Virus record (IMG/VR): IMGVR_UViG_3300005259_000069
Location: 1 to 34,070 of that record
Reading direction: 5' to 3' (one strand)
DNA length: 34,070 bases
DNA from: a virus
Lineage: Duplodnaviria; Caudoviricetes
Every line of letters starts with the position of its first letter. Position 1 is the stretch's first letter. Shown in pieces: positions 6,892 to 16,250 of this stretch. The notes below the pieces were generated by a model that was not told where the DNA came from, made no database searches, and saw only the letters and a list, made by a program, of their open reading frames with translations. Both the position numbers and the translations under genes were made by a program.

Positions 6892-9380
6892 TATTGGGCG
6901 AGTTCATATAATTTTCCCACCTTTCCCGGCTTGCCGTCCTCGGTCGAATAGTCCACCCAGATTTCTCCGGCCTCTTCCATGTATTTCATCACGCATTCGA
7001 AATCGTTGGATTTCAGGTGCATCAGACGCAGCAACCGGATATGGCTGATCTTGCCGCCGGCGGCCTGAATCCGGCGCTTGGCTTTGAGGCATTCGGCATG
7101 AAACGGATTGTCCGCCACATAGCTTTCGGCCATGAATAACATGCGCTTGGTCTGGTATTCCACGAACTTCCATGCCCAATTAACCGCCGCCTCATCGATT
7201 ACCGGTTCCGCCCAATTGGCGCTGACCGCGTAGAGCATGGCCAGCTTGCGCGTCTTTTCATATGCGCGTGCCCAGATGGCCATTGCGGTTTCATCGCCGC
7301 GCTTGCTCTGTTTTTGCCATTCCTGATCGACGTGATCGCGAATGCCGTCCAGAATCTTTCCGGCCGCCGCGGTCGCGTTGATAGTCTTTGGCGTCGGGTG
7401 TTCGCTGAAGAGATTGCCGCTGTCGGCCTCTCCTGCCCCATAAAACTCTTCCGCCAGTTTCTTGGCCTGATCGATGATAAAGTCGGGAATTTCTTGATGC
7501 TCTACATTCTGCCCTTTGCCTCGGTCCCCGGCCTCGAGAATGATCGACCGGGCAAAAAAACCATTGTCCAGCATGCGCCCGTTCAACGATTCGTAGAGAT
7601 ATTTCGGGACGGCGGTACCGAACAGCGTCAGACTCGGCTTGTCGATGACCGGATTTTCTTCCTTGCGTTTAACGTTGCCCAGACTGGCGCGTTTCCGCAA
7701 CGGATAGATCGAGTTGGCGGCCGAATACATCTTGAGCAGTACGTTCATGATCATTTCGTTTCGACCGTCCCGGGCCTTGTTGATGGAATTGAGCAACCCG
7801 TCGATTTCATCGGTCTGAAAGAGCATTTTTTGCGACAGGAACATGCAGTCCTCGATCCCTTCGCCGGATGCGAATGCATCCCCGATGCCCCCGGCCAGTC
7901 CCGCCCGATACGCAATTTCCACATTGATCTTGCGCGGATGGTCTTTCCCGGTACCGCTGTTGGCCAATGCAATCAGGTACAAGTTCGGCATGTTGTTCAT
8001 GGTGTCGCGGATGTTGCGTCCGCATAAATAGGATAACAGCGCCAGTGCCCCGGTGAACGCCAGCACCTGGTTCGGATACGGCGCGGTTGACAGCGTGTGC
8101 TGCATGACGTCATGCACAAACCCGGGAATCGCCAGCAGATCGTTCGGCAACGGCCCCGGATCCGGATGGTTGAACTTGTCCATCAGCTTTTTTCTCGGGG
8201 CCGGTTCCGCCCCGGGATTTCCCGTAACGGGAATCGTCGGCTGACGTGTTCCCGATTCGGGAATGCTTACCACCGCCACGTTGCGTATCACCAGCTTCGG
8301 ACCCTCTTTCAGCTCCCGCAGTTCCGCCCAATTGTGACCGCTGCAGCCATTGTGATGACACTTGAATCCGATCGCGCCGCCGGGTTGCTCGGTGATCACC
8401 GCCGACCGGTTGGTGTGTTCGGGGTTGAACGGACAAATATCAAATACCCATTTGCGTCCGCCCTGCCACGGTTGCGCATCGCCCAGATCCGGACAATATT
8501 GCCTGATCCAGTCGTCCAGGTTAAATAACTCTTTCGGCGGTGGCGGCGGACCGGCAATCGCAGTGATGTCCGGTTCGCTCTGCGGCTGGACTGTCGGTTG
8601 CGCGTGAGTTGAAACTTCGTTTGCTCCTATCGTCCCGACATGACTCTCGTTGATGACACATCCCGCCAGTTCGTCCAGCAATCTGCGCTCCACCACGGAC
8701 AATGTTTCCGGGATTTCCGCCAGCTTGGCCAACCGGTGCGGACGCTCCGGCAGATCGTCGCCTTTGCGGTTCCAGGTTCCGGGCAAACGCCAGATCCGCG
8801 ACGGATTGAACACCGTCAGGTCAATGTTGACCGCGTTGTCGGAAAACTGCTTGCTCAGTTTGTCCAGACATTGCTTCAGCAGTCCGCCGTCATCCGCCGG
8901 TAAATCGATCCGGTACATCAGCTGAGCACCGTTGCCGGAATCGCACACCAGCGGCAATGGCCAGCCCCGGTTGCTCAAATAGTCTTTAATAGTTTGCGCA
9001 CGCACGCGCGCGGCCTCATGTTCCGGATCGGCGCTGCTGATGCCGCTCGGTCTCACCGCATCGCAGTCCACCAGAAACCAGCGGCGGCTGATGATATAGT
9101 TGTCGGTAGTGGAAACGCCGCGTTCGGCCTGTTTGATGCGATTGCTCGATCGCGCCAGCAAGGCCGGAATGCAGGGGTTTGCCGTTACATAAGCGCCGCG
9201 GTAGAATCGCACGGCGTCCACGCTTTCCGCCGCCGCGTCGATGTGGTCGTAGTCGAAATATCCGCTTTCCACATGACCGCGCCGGTATTCGTTGGTTTCA
9301 GCGTCCAGCAGACGTAATTCAAAAACGTCTCCCGGCTGAAAAAAAATCCTCAAAGCGGCCGCTACAGGGTTGGTATTCAT
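6891..9380 (-). CDS. AEP-type primase/polymerase, Zn-finger and DUF3987-like P-loop helicase fusion
   Basis: WFLVDCD and DSGNGAQL (prim-pol motifs), RIWRLPGT, CPFNPEH...CHHNGC Zn finger, ANSGTGKD Walker A, FQTDE Walker B. Confidence 0.85.
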   Translation of the reverse strand: MNTNPVAAALRIFFQPGDVFELRLLDAETNEYRRGHVESGYFDYDHIDAAAESVDAVRFYRGAYVTANPCIPALLARSSNRIKQAERGVSTTDNYIISRRWFLVDCDAVRPSGISSADPEHEAARVRAQTIKDYLSNRGWPLPLVCDSGNGAQLMYRIDLPADDGGLLKQCLDKLSKQFSDNAVNIDLTVFNPSRIWRLPGTWNRKGDDLPERPHRLAKLAEIPETLSVVERRLLDELAGCVINESHVGTIGANEVSTHAQPTVQPQSEPDITAIAGPPPPPKELFNLDDWIRQYCPDLGDAQPWQGGRKWVFDICPFNPEHTNRSAVITEQPGGAIGFKCHHNGCSGHNWAELRELKEGPKLVIRNVAVVSIPESGTRQPTIPVTGNPGAEPAPRKKLMDKFNHPDPGPLPNDLLAIPGFVHDVMQHTLSTAPYPNQVLAFTGALALLSYLCGRNIRDTMNNMPNLYLIALANSGTGKDHPRKINVEIAYRAGLAGGIGDAFASGEGIEDCMFLSQKMLFQTDEIDGLLNSINKARDGRNEMIMNVLLKMYSAANSIYPLRKRASLGNVKRKEENPVIDKPSLTLFGTAVPKYLYESLNGRMLDNGFFARSIILEAGDRGKGQNVEHQEIPDFIIDQAKKLAEEFYGAGEADSGNLFSEHPTPKTINATAAAGKILDGIRDHVDQEWQKQSKRGDETAMAIWARAYEKTRKLAMLYAVSANWAEPVIDEAAVNWAWKFVEYQTKRMLFMAESYVADNPFHAECLKAKRRIQAAGGKISHIRLLRLMHLKSNDFECVMKYMEEAGEIWVDYSTEDGKPGKVGKLYELAQ

Positions 9381-9418
9381 TATTTTTCCTAAATTTCCTA
9401 ATTATCCTAATTTTATCA

Positions 9419-9775
9419 TCACATCGAAGCTTTGTCCAGTGACTTTCCGATTTTAAGCAATAACTCGGCGGCGGCCTCCTGCCGGTTTTCCCTGATCGGT
9501 CCGACCTGATCCCCTTTGTGCGCCTGAAATTCCCGATCGGCCAGGTGATAGACAAAAGTATCGTAACCCAGCACTTCCAGGATCTCGTCGGTCATCGGCG
9601 CCGCCGCCGTACTGATCCACCCTTTACGCCGGGGCAAAGTCCGTTCGGCGATGTAGCCGATGCCGTCTTCCGGATTGAACCGGTATTCGGCAAAGACATT
9701 CTGAAAACAAAATCCTGCCTGTTTCAGCTTTCTGGCGGTCGGCTGTGACACTACCAAGTCCGTTAAATAACTCAT
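9419..9775 (-). CDS. Hypothetical phage protein
   Basis: GAGGAG RBS; co-oriented; N-terminal VVS..TARKLKQAGF pattern seen in phage proteins. Confidence 0.7.
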   Translation of the reverse strand: MSYLTDLVVSQPTARKLKQAGFCFQNVFAEYRFNPEDGIGYIAERTLPRRKGWISTAAAPMTDEILEVLGYDTFVYHLADREFQAHKGDQVGPIRENRQEAAAELLLKIGKSLDKASM

Positions 9776-9779
9776 CGTT

Positions 9780-9947
9780 TTACTCCTCGCGTTGATTCCA
9801 TGCTTTAATCGCTTCAGTTTCAGTTCTCTTTAAATCAGACCCCTTTAAGCAATCTTCGCAAACGAATTGAACATAGTTTTTCTTTTTGCATGAATATTCT
9901 TGTTTAAATGGTTTTCCTCCACAAAATAGGCAGGTTTTCAAATTCAC
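9780..9947 (-). CDS. Lar-family restriction alleviation-like Zn-ribbon protein (55 aa, below the ORF-track cutoff)
   Basis: MNLKTCLFCGG...VCEDC...TETEAIKAWNQR; GAGGTG RBS; GTG start. Confidence 0.8.
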   Translation of the reverse strand: MNLKTCLFCGGKPFKQEYSCKKKNYVQFVCEDCLKGSDLKRTETEAIKAWNQREE

Positions 9948-10241
9948 TTTTATCACCTCAATTATTTTTGATTAATCTGAAATCTTAATTCTACCTCAAA
10001 AACTCTTCTAATTGACACTTTTGGGTTATTAACGACACGCGTATTCCTCGCTGTGTCGAACTAAGGGTTTTATAAAATGAAACCTCGCAGAAACTATTGG
10101 GTATTTGTTGAAATGGCGGTTCCCGTTGTTGCTGAAATCATCAAAATTTATGTTTCCAGCGATTGGCGCGAATGTATTGATTGGATTTCATCCATTTTCT
10201 TGGCATGGGTAAAAATGAAATCATACATGATTTGATTTGTT

Positions 10242-10487
10242 TCATATTGCCTCCCAGGTAATACCTTTCCATACTTTTCCATATCCTGCGGACCGGAGAT
10301 ACGATCCCCATATCAACCGTAAAGTAACCGTTCCATCCGGCTCCAGATGAAACGGACATGTCGACATGCACCACGGGACGCGGATGATATCGCCACGTTC
10401 CACCTTGCAAATCATGTCCCCGCTCCTGGTGTGCACCAATACCTGCCGAGGCTGGAACACTTTTAAGATTCGCTTAATCCATTTCAT
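10242..10487 (-). CDS. Hypothetical protein
   Basis: ATGA overlap with the upstream gene; GAGGTG RBS. Confidence 0.55.
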   Translation of the reverse strand: MKWIKRILKVFQPRQVLVHTRSGDMICKVERGDIIRVPWCMSTCPFHLEPDGTVTLRLIWGSYLRSAGYGKVWKGITWEAI

Positions 10488-10744
10488 TCGATCACCTCTG
10501 GATATTTTTCATCAATATCATATAAAAATTCCGTGATATATTCTTTGAGTTCCTCTAGTTCATCCTGGGTTGCTCCGGATATCATCGCGAGACATCCTTC
10601 TAAATGTTCCCGGAGTTCTTTGGCGGTAAAACTGTGTTCTCCGCAAATTTCAAAAATTGCCGTATCGCGATTTTTCGTTGTCTCGTCTTGTGTACGCCAG
10701 AATGTATACCAAGTACTGTCGCCCCATCGTGAATAAGACATCAT
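10484..10744 (-). CDS. Hypothetical phage protein
   Basis: GGAGGTGG RBS; ATGA overlap; MSYSRW N-terminus. Confidence 0.7.
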   Translation of the reverse strand: MMSYSRWGDSTWYTFWRTQDETTKNRDTAIFEICGEHSFTAKELREHLEGCLAMISGATQDELEELKEYITEFLYDIDEKYPEVIE

Positions 10745-10935
10745 TCCACCTCCTCTGGTTCATCCTGGGTTGCCCCGATATCACCGTTGGCACGGCGATG
10801 CCCGGGAATACAGTCAATGCAACCTGGGTTGTCGCAGGGAAACAGATCCTCGATACCGCAACCGCATTCGTCATTGCACAGACAATCATAGCCATGTGCC
10901 TGTAGCCATTCCTGGATTATGTTTTTAACATCCAT
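10741..10935 (-). CDS. Small Cys-rich protein
   Basis: MDVKNII...GYDCLCNDECGC...PC...CIDC; TAATG coupling; GGAGG RBS. Confidence 0.65.
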   Translation of the reverse strand: MDVKNIIQEWLQAHGYDCLCNDECGCGIEDLFPCDNPGCIDCIPGHRRANGDIGATQDEPEEVE

Positions 10936-11117
10936 TATTCCGCCTCCTGCTTCAGCCATTCGGTTATGGCATCGGAACATTCCATGTGTTCCCAACAGGG
11001 AAATTTTTCATCCCTGATTATGCACGAAACGCACGAATCCGTATCGGGATCTATGCCTTTGCTCAGTGCCTGAGCCAGTTCCTCTGGACTGATTGTGATT
11101 TTTTCAAAGTTGGTCAT
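10935..11117 (-). CDS. Small Cys-containing phage protein
   Basis: MTNFEKI...EELA...CVSC...C...C...EWLKQEAE, a common phage pattern; ATGA overlap. Confidence 0.7.
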   Translation of the reverse strand: MTNFEKITISPEELAQALSKGIDPDTDSCVSCIIRDEKFPCWEHMECSDAITEWLKQEAE

Positions 11118-11929
11118 GATCCTGTTTCCTCGGTGTTGTTTGCGCTGTTCAAACATTCGGTCAACGCAAGATCAGCCGTGTTCAACTGCCGTTGGAGAGA
11201 CTGCAGAGCAACCCGCAATTCCAGTGAGATCGCCGGTTTGGGAATAACCTTTTCTTTAAGATGGTCCGCCAGCCGCCATTGATTGCACCCGAGATTGATG
11301 CCGTGTTCGGCACAGAATTTATCAACGGCTTCATACCTTTCGATTTTATTCTGCAACTGTTCGTTCTCCCGTTCCAGATCGCGGCGCTGACCTTTTACCA
11401 GCTCCCCGATTTTATGCTTCAGAGCCCAGCCTAACTGCTTTTTGCCCTGAGCCTGTTCCAACATATCCTGCCAGTAATTGAGATCCTTGTAGTTGCGGTA
11501 TTCTCGCGTTACCGCCACCCGGTTCATCAGGATATACCGGTATAATCCTTCCGGGATGACGATGTTGCGCCGGACGGCTTTCTTTTTGGTATAGAGCCGT
11601 TCGCCGTGCACCGCAATCAGGCCGACCTCCTGCGGCAGTTCGCTCTTGTCGATCAGACCATTGGGGCAGACAAAATAAAAATCCGAACAGTACGGCAAAT
11701 AGTTCTGCCACTTGTTGTCATTCAGAAAATCACCTCTGCTCACCTTGATTTCATAGCCCCAGGTGGTCGGATTGGTCCAGGACTTTTTCATCGCCCAGGC
11801 GTCCAGCCGGTAACAATGATTATCCATCCCCATGCCGCCGGAAGCGCCGACCTTGCACTCTTCGATGAAAACGTCCTCATTGTTCACATGCCGGGTGCGC
11901 AGTAACTTCTTGATAAAATCCGCGTTCAT
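11114..11929 (-). CDS. MmcB-like PD-(D/E)XK nuclease with a C-terminal coiled coil
   Basis: RLDAW...GYEIKVSRGDFLNDNKW..YLPYC..FYFVCP motif. Confidence 0.8.
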   Translation of the reverse strand: MNADFIKKLLRTRHVNNEDVFIEECKVGASGGMGMDNHCYRLDAWAMKKSWTNPTTWGYEIKVSRGDFLNDNKWQNYLPYCSDFYFVCPNGLIDKSELPQEVGLIAVHGERLYTKKKAVRRNIVIPEGLYRYILMNRVAVTREYRNYKDLNYWQDMLEQAQGKKQLGWALKHKIGELVKGQRRDLERENEQLQNKIERYEAVDKFCAEHGINLGCNQWRLADHLKEKVIPKPAISLELRVALQSLQRQLNTADLALTECLNSANNTEETGS

Positions 11930-11954
11930 TGTTGTTATGATTTCCTGATGTGAT

Positions 11955-12428
11955 TTAAGCAGTGTATTCCGCGGGAATGTCCACGGTCGGATACCAGATG
12001 CGCAACTGGCCCGGCATCGGGATAAGCGGCAATTCCCTACCGTTACTGACTAGCCAGTGATATTGCCCCGGTGCCGCCCACCGGCTGCTGCTGTTAGTTA
12101 CAACATCGTTCAACGTAACCATGCCGACAATCCCGCTGAACTGACTGCGATCAATCACGAATTGTGCTGCTCGACCGGGCATGCTATGAACTATTCGGAG
12201 ATTAAAATGTTTTTTCACCAGATCGGCTACTTGCGGCAAATTATGCCGCAGCCACATATAACCTTCCGTGTCGAATTTCTGCCCGGCATGAATCAATAAC
12301 TTGCCTCTGATCTTGGTCGGCCAGCTTCGGTTCTCCACATCCTTGCGTTCGGCGTCGGTCAGTTCATGGGTGGTCAACAGCCAGGCCCATGGCTGCATTA
12401 CGGACAGGCACGGTAATGTTACTTGCAT
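11955..12428 (-). CDS. ASCH domain protein
   Basis: LSVMQPWAWLL...KDVENRSW..RGKLLIHAG; start chosen by the AGGAG RBS. Confidence 0.88.
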   Translation of the reverse strand: MQVTLPCLSVMQPWAWLLTTHELTDAERKDVENRSWPTKIRGKLLIHAGQKFDTEGYMWLRHNLPQVADLVKKHFNLRIVHSMPGRAAQFVIDRSQFSGIVGMVTLNDVVTNSSSRWAAPGQYHWLVSNGRELPLIPMPGQLRIWYPTVDIPAEYTA

Positions 12429-12429
12429 G

Positions 12430-12819
12430 TTATTTCTCCTCGGTAATCTGATCTTGCGGGACCGGACGTTTTGCCACAGTAATGATTTCCAGCGGCTGAT
12501 TGTTTGCATCCAGACCCAGCACTTTAACCTCAGGAAAATCAACGAGTAAGCTATAAATCCGTTCAATCGACAACTGGTGCGGCAACAGGAAGAAAGGGCC
12601 GCCGGGACCAAAACCGATAATCTGCTTGAAAGATTCCGGTAGTTTAACCGTTTGCCCGAATGAATCCGGCGGATAGGTCTGAACTATCAGATTGACGCCG
12701 TCCCTGAAAATTTCCTGTTGATGTTCTGTGGCGGCATCATATTCATCAAACACCTTGCCGTCTGTTGTGGTATACGTCTCAAGCTTTTTAATTCCGTATT
12801 GCATTTCTCTAACGCTCAT
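12430..12819 (-). CDS. Hypothetical protein
   Basis: AAGGA RBS; co-oriented. Confidence 0.65.
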   Translation of the reverse strand: MSVREMQYGIKKLETYTTTDGKVFDEYDAATEHQQEIFRDGVNLIVQTYPPDSFGQTVKLPESFKQIIGFGPGGPFFLLPHQLSIERIYSLLVDFPEVKVLGLDANNQPLEIITVAKRPVPQDQITEEK

Positions 12820-12849
12820 GGTTTTTTTCCTTTCTGATGATAGTTCGGA

Positions 12850-13545
12850 TTATTTATTTTCCTGTTCACAACCGGCCGGAATGCCGAGCACCACTGGCTT
12901 TGAAGAGTCATGTGGATAATTGGCATCGCAGATCACCGCACGATAAGGCGATGGCGTATGACACTGGTCCGGAGATTTTGAGAAAAATTGTACTTTGGGA
13001 TTGGCTCGTTCTATCGGAATTTCCAACCGTTCCAATTCGCTCTTGATTACATCGGCGATTATGCCACAGTCGCCGATAACATAGAGTTTAAAGCAGCGCT
13101 TGGTGGCAAGCAGCCAAACGGCTGTCCCAATCAGACGCGTGGTAACACCAGTACGCGGCTCCGGATGACTGATGTTGCACAACTCTCGGTCGGCAATATG
13201 TCCTTGAATTTTAACTAAATCCTCATCCTGCGGCAAATCGCGGTTGAATCGTGCGGTTAAAATCTGCTTGCAAAAATCCAGCAGCGAATAGTTTTGATAA
13301 TCCACCGCCTGGGTTGTTTGATAAGCCATTCCGGCGTCGACATGGCGTCGAGCAACTTTGACCAGCGCGTCTTTTCGCCACATCCGGTATTTGCCGTGCG
13401 CCATGGCAACATATTCTTTGGCTTCCTGTTTGGTGAATTCGTGCGCTTCATCGAGATCGCAGGTGTAGCCGTGGCCGTTTTGCCGGTAAAACAACAAACA
13501 ATTGCCGACTACATTCAGTTGGACGTCCAACACATATTTACACAT
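12850..13545 (-). CDS. Hypothetical phage protein
   Basis: GGAGG RBS; N-terminal VGNCLLFYRQNGHGYTCDLDEAHEFT resembles a widespread phage domain. Confidence 0.7.
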   Translation of the reverse strand: MCKYVLDVQLNVVGNCLLFYRQNGHGYTCDLDEAHEFTKQEAKEYVAMAHGKYRMWRKDALVKVARRHVDAGMAYQTTQAVDYQNYSLLDFCKQILTARFNRDLPQDEDLVKIQGHIADRELCNISHPEPRTGVTTRLIGTAVWLLATKRCFKLYVIGDCGIIADVIKSELERLEIPIERANPKVQFFSKSPDQCHTPSPYRAVICDANYPHDSSKPVVLGIPAGCEQENK

Positions 13546-13572
13546 GATTATTTCCTCCTTTTTTTTGCGCCA

Positions 13573-13713
13573 CTAAGTGGTGGTTTTATAAGTTTTCCGC
13601 CAGCCACAACGACATAATGCAACATCATGATCCCATCCACAACCGTAAACTTTTTCCGGAACCCTGCCGCATTTAGGGCACTTTTTTAGTTTAAGAAAGG
13701 CGTTTTGTTTCAT
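13573..13713 (-). CDS. Small Zn-ribbon protein (46 aa, not in the ORF track)
   Basis: MKQNAFLKLKKCPKCGRVPEKVYGCGWDHDVALCRCGWRKTYKTTT; GGAGGAG RBS; ATGA overlap. Confidence 0.65.
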   Translation of the reverse strand: MKQNAFLKLKKCPKCGRVPEKVYGCGWDHDVALCRCGWRKTYKTTT

Positions 13714-14054
13714 TTTCTCTCCTCCGCTTTAGCGATGACTGTTTCGATTTTTTTGGTGCACCGATGCCAGAGGTCAGCCTTTTCTTGAGGTGTCATAACC
13801 TCTTCATAAACTCGCTGCATTTGGGTGTGCACTTCTTTCAGCCCCACTATCAATTCGCGAATTTGAACGTTGAGCGCGGAAATCTGTTGTTTAAGATCGT
13901 CAACTCGCGGGGCAATTGCGGCAGTCCCTCCGCGAGGCGGATTGGGAGCGCCCATGCCGATAAGACCAACACGCAGCGAAGTCGAATGATCCGGACGATC
14001 ATTCTTAGTCGGTTGATATCCGATCCCAGGAATGTATTTATTCATGACGTTCAT
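13710..14054 (-). CDS. Hypothetical protein with a coiled coil
   Basis: GYQP...PNPPRGGT motif followed by a heptad segment; GGGAG RBS. Confidence 0.65.
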   Translation of the reverse strand: MNVMNKYIPGIGYQPTKNDRPDHSTSLRVGLIGMGAPNPPRGGTAAIAPRVDDLKQQISALNVQIRELIVGLKEVHTQMQRVYEEVMTPQEKADLWHRCTKKIETVIAKAEERK

Positions 14055-14403
14055 ACTCCCTTAGTACGGCCCAAATCGCGTCAAGCGACGACTGTCCGGG
14101 CTGACTGAATTCGAAATATTCCAACACCTCGAATTCTTCCGGATATAATCCCAACAGTACGCCGTTGTCACAGATGGCGGACACTGCGCCATGGGAATTG
14201 GTCCATGCTTCATAAATCTTGCCCATGGTCGCGAATGTTCCGGGCGTCGTCATGACCGGATGTCCGTGCACATTGCGCAGCACTTTGATTCGCACCGGCA
14301 CCCGACGTTCAAAGCGTTCGGGATAATCTTTCTCTTGTTGCCGTAACGCCGGTGATCGCCAAAATAGCGAATCTTTGGCAGGAAACTGGAAATCATTGCT
14401 CAT
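14038..14403 (-). CDS. Hypothetical phage protein
   Basis: GGAGG RBS; WTNSHGAVSA...LGLYPEEFEV motif. Confidence 0.7.
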   Translation of the reverse strand: MSNDFQFPAKDSLFWRSPALRQQEKDYPERFERRVPVRIKVLRNVHGHPVMTTPGTFATMGKIYEAWTNSHGAVSAICDNGVLLGLYPEEFEVLEYFEFSQPGQSSLDAIWAVLREYERHE

Positions 14404-14405
14404 AA

Positions 14406-14867
14406 TTATTTATCCTCCATCTGAATCCGATCAATTGCGGCGGCAATCAGAGCCCCGGCCTTTTCCAGATTACGGACCGGATCGGGCGACGGCTTCCACC
14501 ATTCCGCAGCCCACGGCCACATCATGCTCGTGATATCTTTGTTGCTGGTTGCGACCGTCAGTGCATAACACACACCGGCAGTGGCAAGATCTTGGAAACT
14601 ATGTTGCATGTCATGTTCCGGCGTCCAACCCTCTACCTGAATTTGCCGCTTGCGTTCGGCGGCGATGCGAGCTACTCCGGCTGACGTGACTGCATCAATT
14701 GATCTTAACGCCAAGCAAACATCGCTGAAGTACATCCAGCCTTCCGACCACGACATGTCTTTCATCTCTTTGGGGTCGGATTCAATCCAGTCGATGCCGC
14801 CGTCTTTGCTTCGGGCAAACAAAATTCCGCAGTTGCTTAATGCCTTTTCAGTTTTATCGCGCCACAT
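14406..14867 (-). CDS. Conserved phage protein, possibly MazG-like all-alpha NTP pyrophosphohydrolase fold
   Basis: IAAERKRQIQVEGWTPEHD...WPW...WWKP...RNLEKAGALIAAAIDR motif; fold call is tentative. Confidence 0.65.
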   Translation of the reverse strand: MWRDKTEKALSNCGILFARSKDGGIDWIESDPKEMKDMSWSEGWMYFSDVCLALRSIDAVTSAGVARIAAERKRQIQVEGWTPEHDMQHSFQDLATAGVCYALTVATSNKDITSMMWPWAAEWWKPSPDPVRNLEKAGALIAAAIDRIQMEDK

Positions 14868-14878
14868 GTTATTTCTCC

Positions 14879-15844
14879 TTATAGGTTAAACATATCCGGG
14901 GTATCGCGGTCAATAACTTTTCCGGTTCGCTTGTAATCGGACCAGTTCATTCTTTTGCAGAGCTTGCTGCCCTTAACATTGACATATCGGGCAAACATAG
15001 TTTGTTCATGATTCGGCTGAAGATGGGGATTATGAGGATCGCGAAACGGTTGGGCAAACATGGTTAAATTATCAAATCCACGCAGCACATCTACCCGGGC
15101 AACCGCATCCATGATGTTCTCGGTTATCAACAGATAAACAAAAATTTCCTGTGATTTTCGAATTCGGCGAATCAGGCGGATTGCGCGACATACCGAATCA
15201 ATCATCGCCTGGTTATCACATGCCAATCGGATATAACGCTGCCATTTTAACGCGCATAAAAACTTGGCCAGCTCGCGATTGATTTTTCGGGCATCAAGCC
15301 CTTGATTGAAGTCAATCGTTATCGATTCGCGAGGGAAATGCGCGTTAAATTGCATCAGCAAATCCAGCTGATTTATACCGAAATCCGACGCCAGTACGTT
15401 ATTGTCCAGAAAAACGATTTTACGGCTATCCGAGCGCATAATATCAGTCCACGCTCGATCTGGTCGCAAATTACCTTCCTTCTCCGGCACGATGCACCAC
15501 GGACAATTATTAATGCAGCCCCGAGTCAAAAATCCCAGCGCATAATCGCAGCTCGGATAAAGCGTGTAATCCGGCCACATCTGGTCAACTTCATCCGGCA
15601 ATCGTGATTTTATATCGTATCCGGTTCCGCCTTTAATTACCGGGCAATCAAGTTTCGCTGGCCATGCGTCATAGTCGGGCGTAAAATTGAATATCTTGGA
15701 AGCATAAATCAGATCGGGGTGATCCATCAGCGGATCATACCACTTAACCCGGTCACCATGGGTTCGATGCCAGGAACTGATTTTCATCAGTGCCAGATTC
15801 GGCATTTTGCCATCGACATCGATCAATGAAATGTTTTGATTCAT
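14879..15844 (-). CDS. Radical SAM protein
   Basis: TRGCINNCPWC (CxxxCxxC), FLDNN, DFNQGLD; N-terminal IDVDGKMPNLALMKIS. Confidence 0.9.
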   Translation of the reverse strand: MNQNISLIDVDGKMPNLALMKISSWHRTHGDRVKWYDPLMDHPDLIYASKIFNFTPDYDAWPAKLDCPVIKGGTGYDIKSRLPDEVDQMWPDYTLYPSCDYALGFLTRGCINNCPWCIVPEKEGNLRPDRAWTDIMRSDSRKIVFLDNNVLASDFGINQLDLLMQFNAHFPRESITIDFNQGLDARKINRELAKFLCALKWQRYIRLACDNQAMIDSVCRAIRLIRRIRKSQEIFVYLLITENIMDAVARVDVLRGFDNLTMFAQPFRDPHNPHLQPNHEQTMFARYVNVKGSKLCKRMNWSDYKRTGKVIDRDTPDMFNL

Positions 15845-15846
15845 AT

Positions 15847-16248
15847 CTATTCCTTGAATAAATCCGGAATGTTTTTGGTTTTGTTTTGATATCTGCTCTG
15901 CCGGTGTTGCTCCTTGTCCAGTTCCAGATGACACTTCTGACAGAGCGCTTTCAGATTCTCCGGACGGTTATCGCCGGTATCGTGATTCAGGTGGGCAATG
16001 GTTAACACTACCCGAATAAAACCGTGCTTTTTGAGTGCTGTGGTCATGCTGTGTTCGTTATGCCAAACATCCGCATTGATCATGTCCCACTCCGTTTGAC
16101 ACGGACGGCGGACCTTGTCGCCGTCACGCCGGATCACCGCGCCGTTGTTTATGCCGCAACTTTCGCAGCGGCCGTGTGCCCGTTGCAGAATTGCCGGACG
16201 GATTTCGGTTTTCCAGTTTGACGGATAGTTTTTGTAATCAATCGGCAT
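15847..16248 (-). CDS. HNH endonuclease-family protein
   Basis: RCESCG...VVLTIAHLNHD...NLKALCQKCH. Confidence 0.88.
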   Translation of the reverse strand: MPIDYKNYPSNWKTEIRPAILQRAHGRCESCGINNGAVIRRDGDKVRRPCQTEWDMINADVWHNEHSMTTALKKHGFIRVVLTIAHLNHDTGDNRPENLKALCQKCHLELDKEQHRQSRYQNKTKNIPDLFKE

Positions 16249-16250
16249 GG

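Noticed and set aside
9950-10245. ORF-poor stretch with a hairpin at 10033-10058 and a 34-codon ORF, considered as an ncRNA or pseudogene
   Set aside because: One modest stem, no tRNA cloverleaf and no recognisable homology; not enough support.
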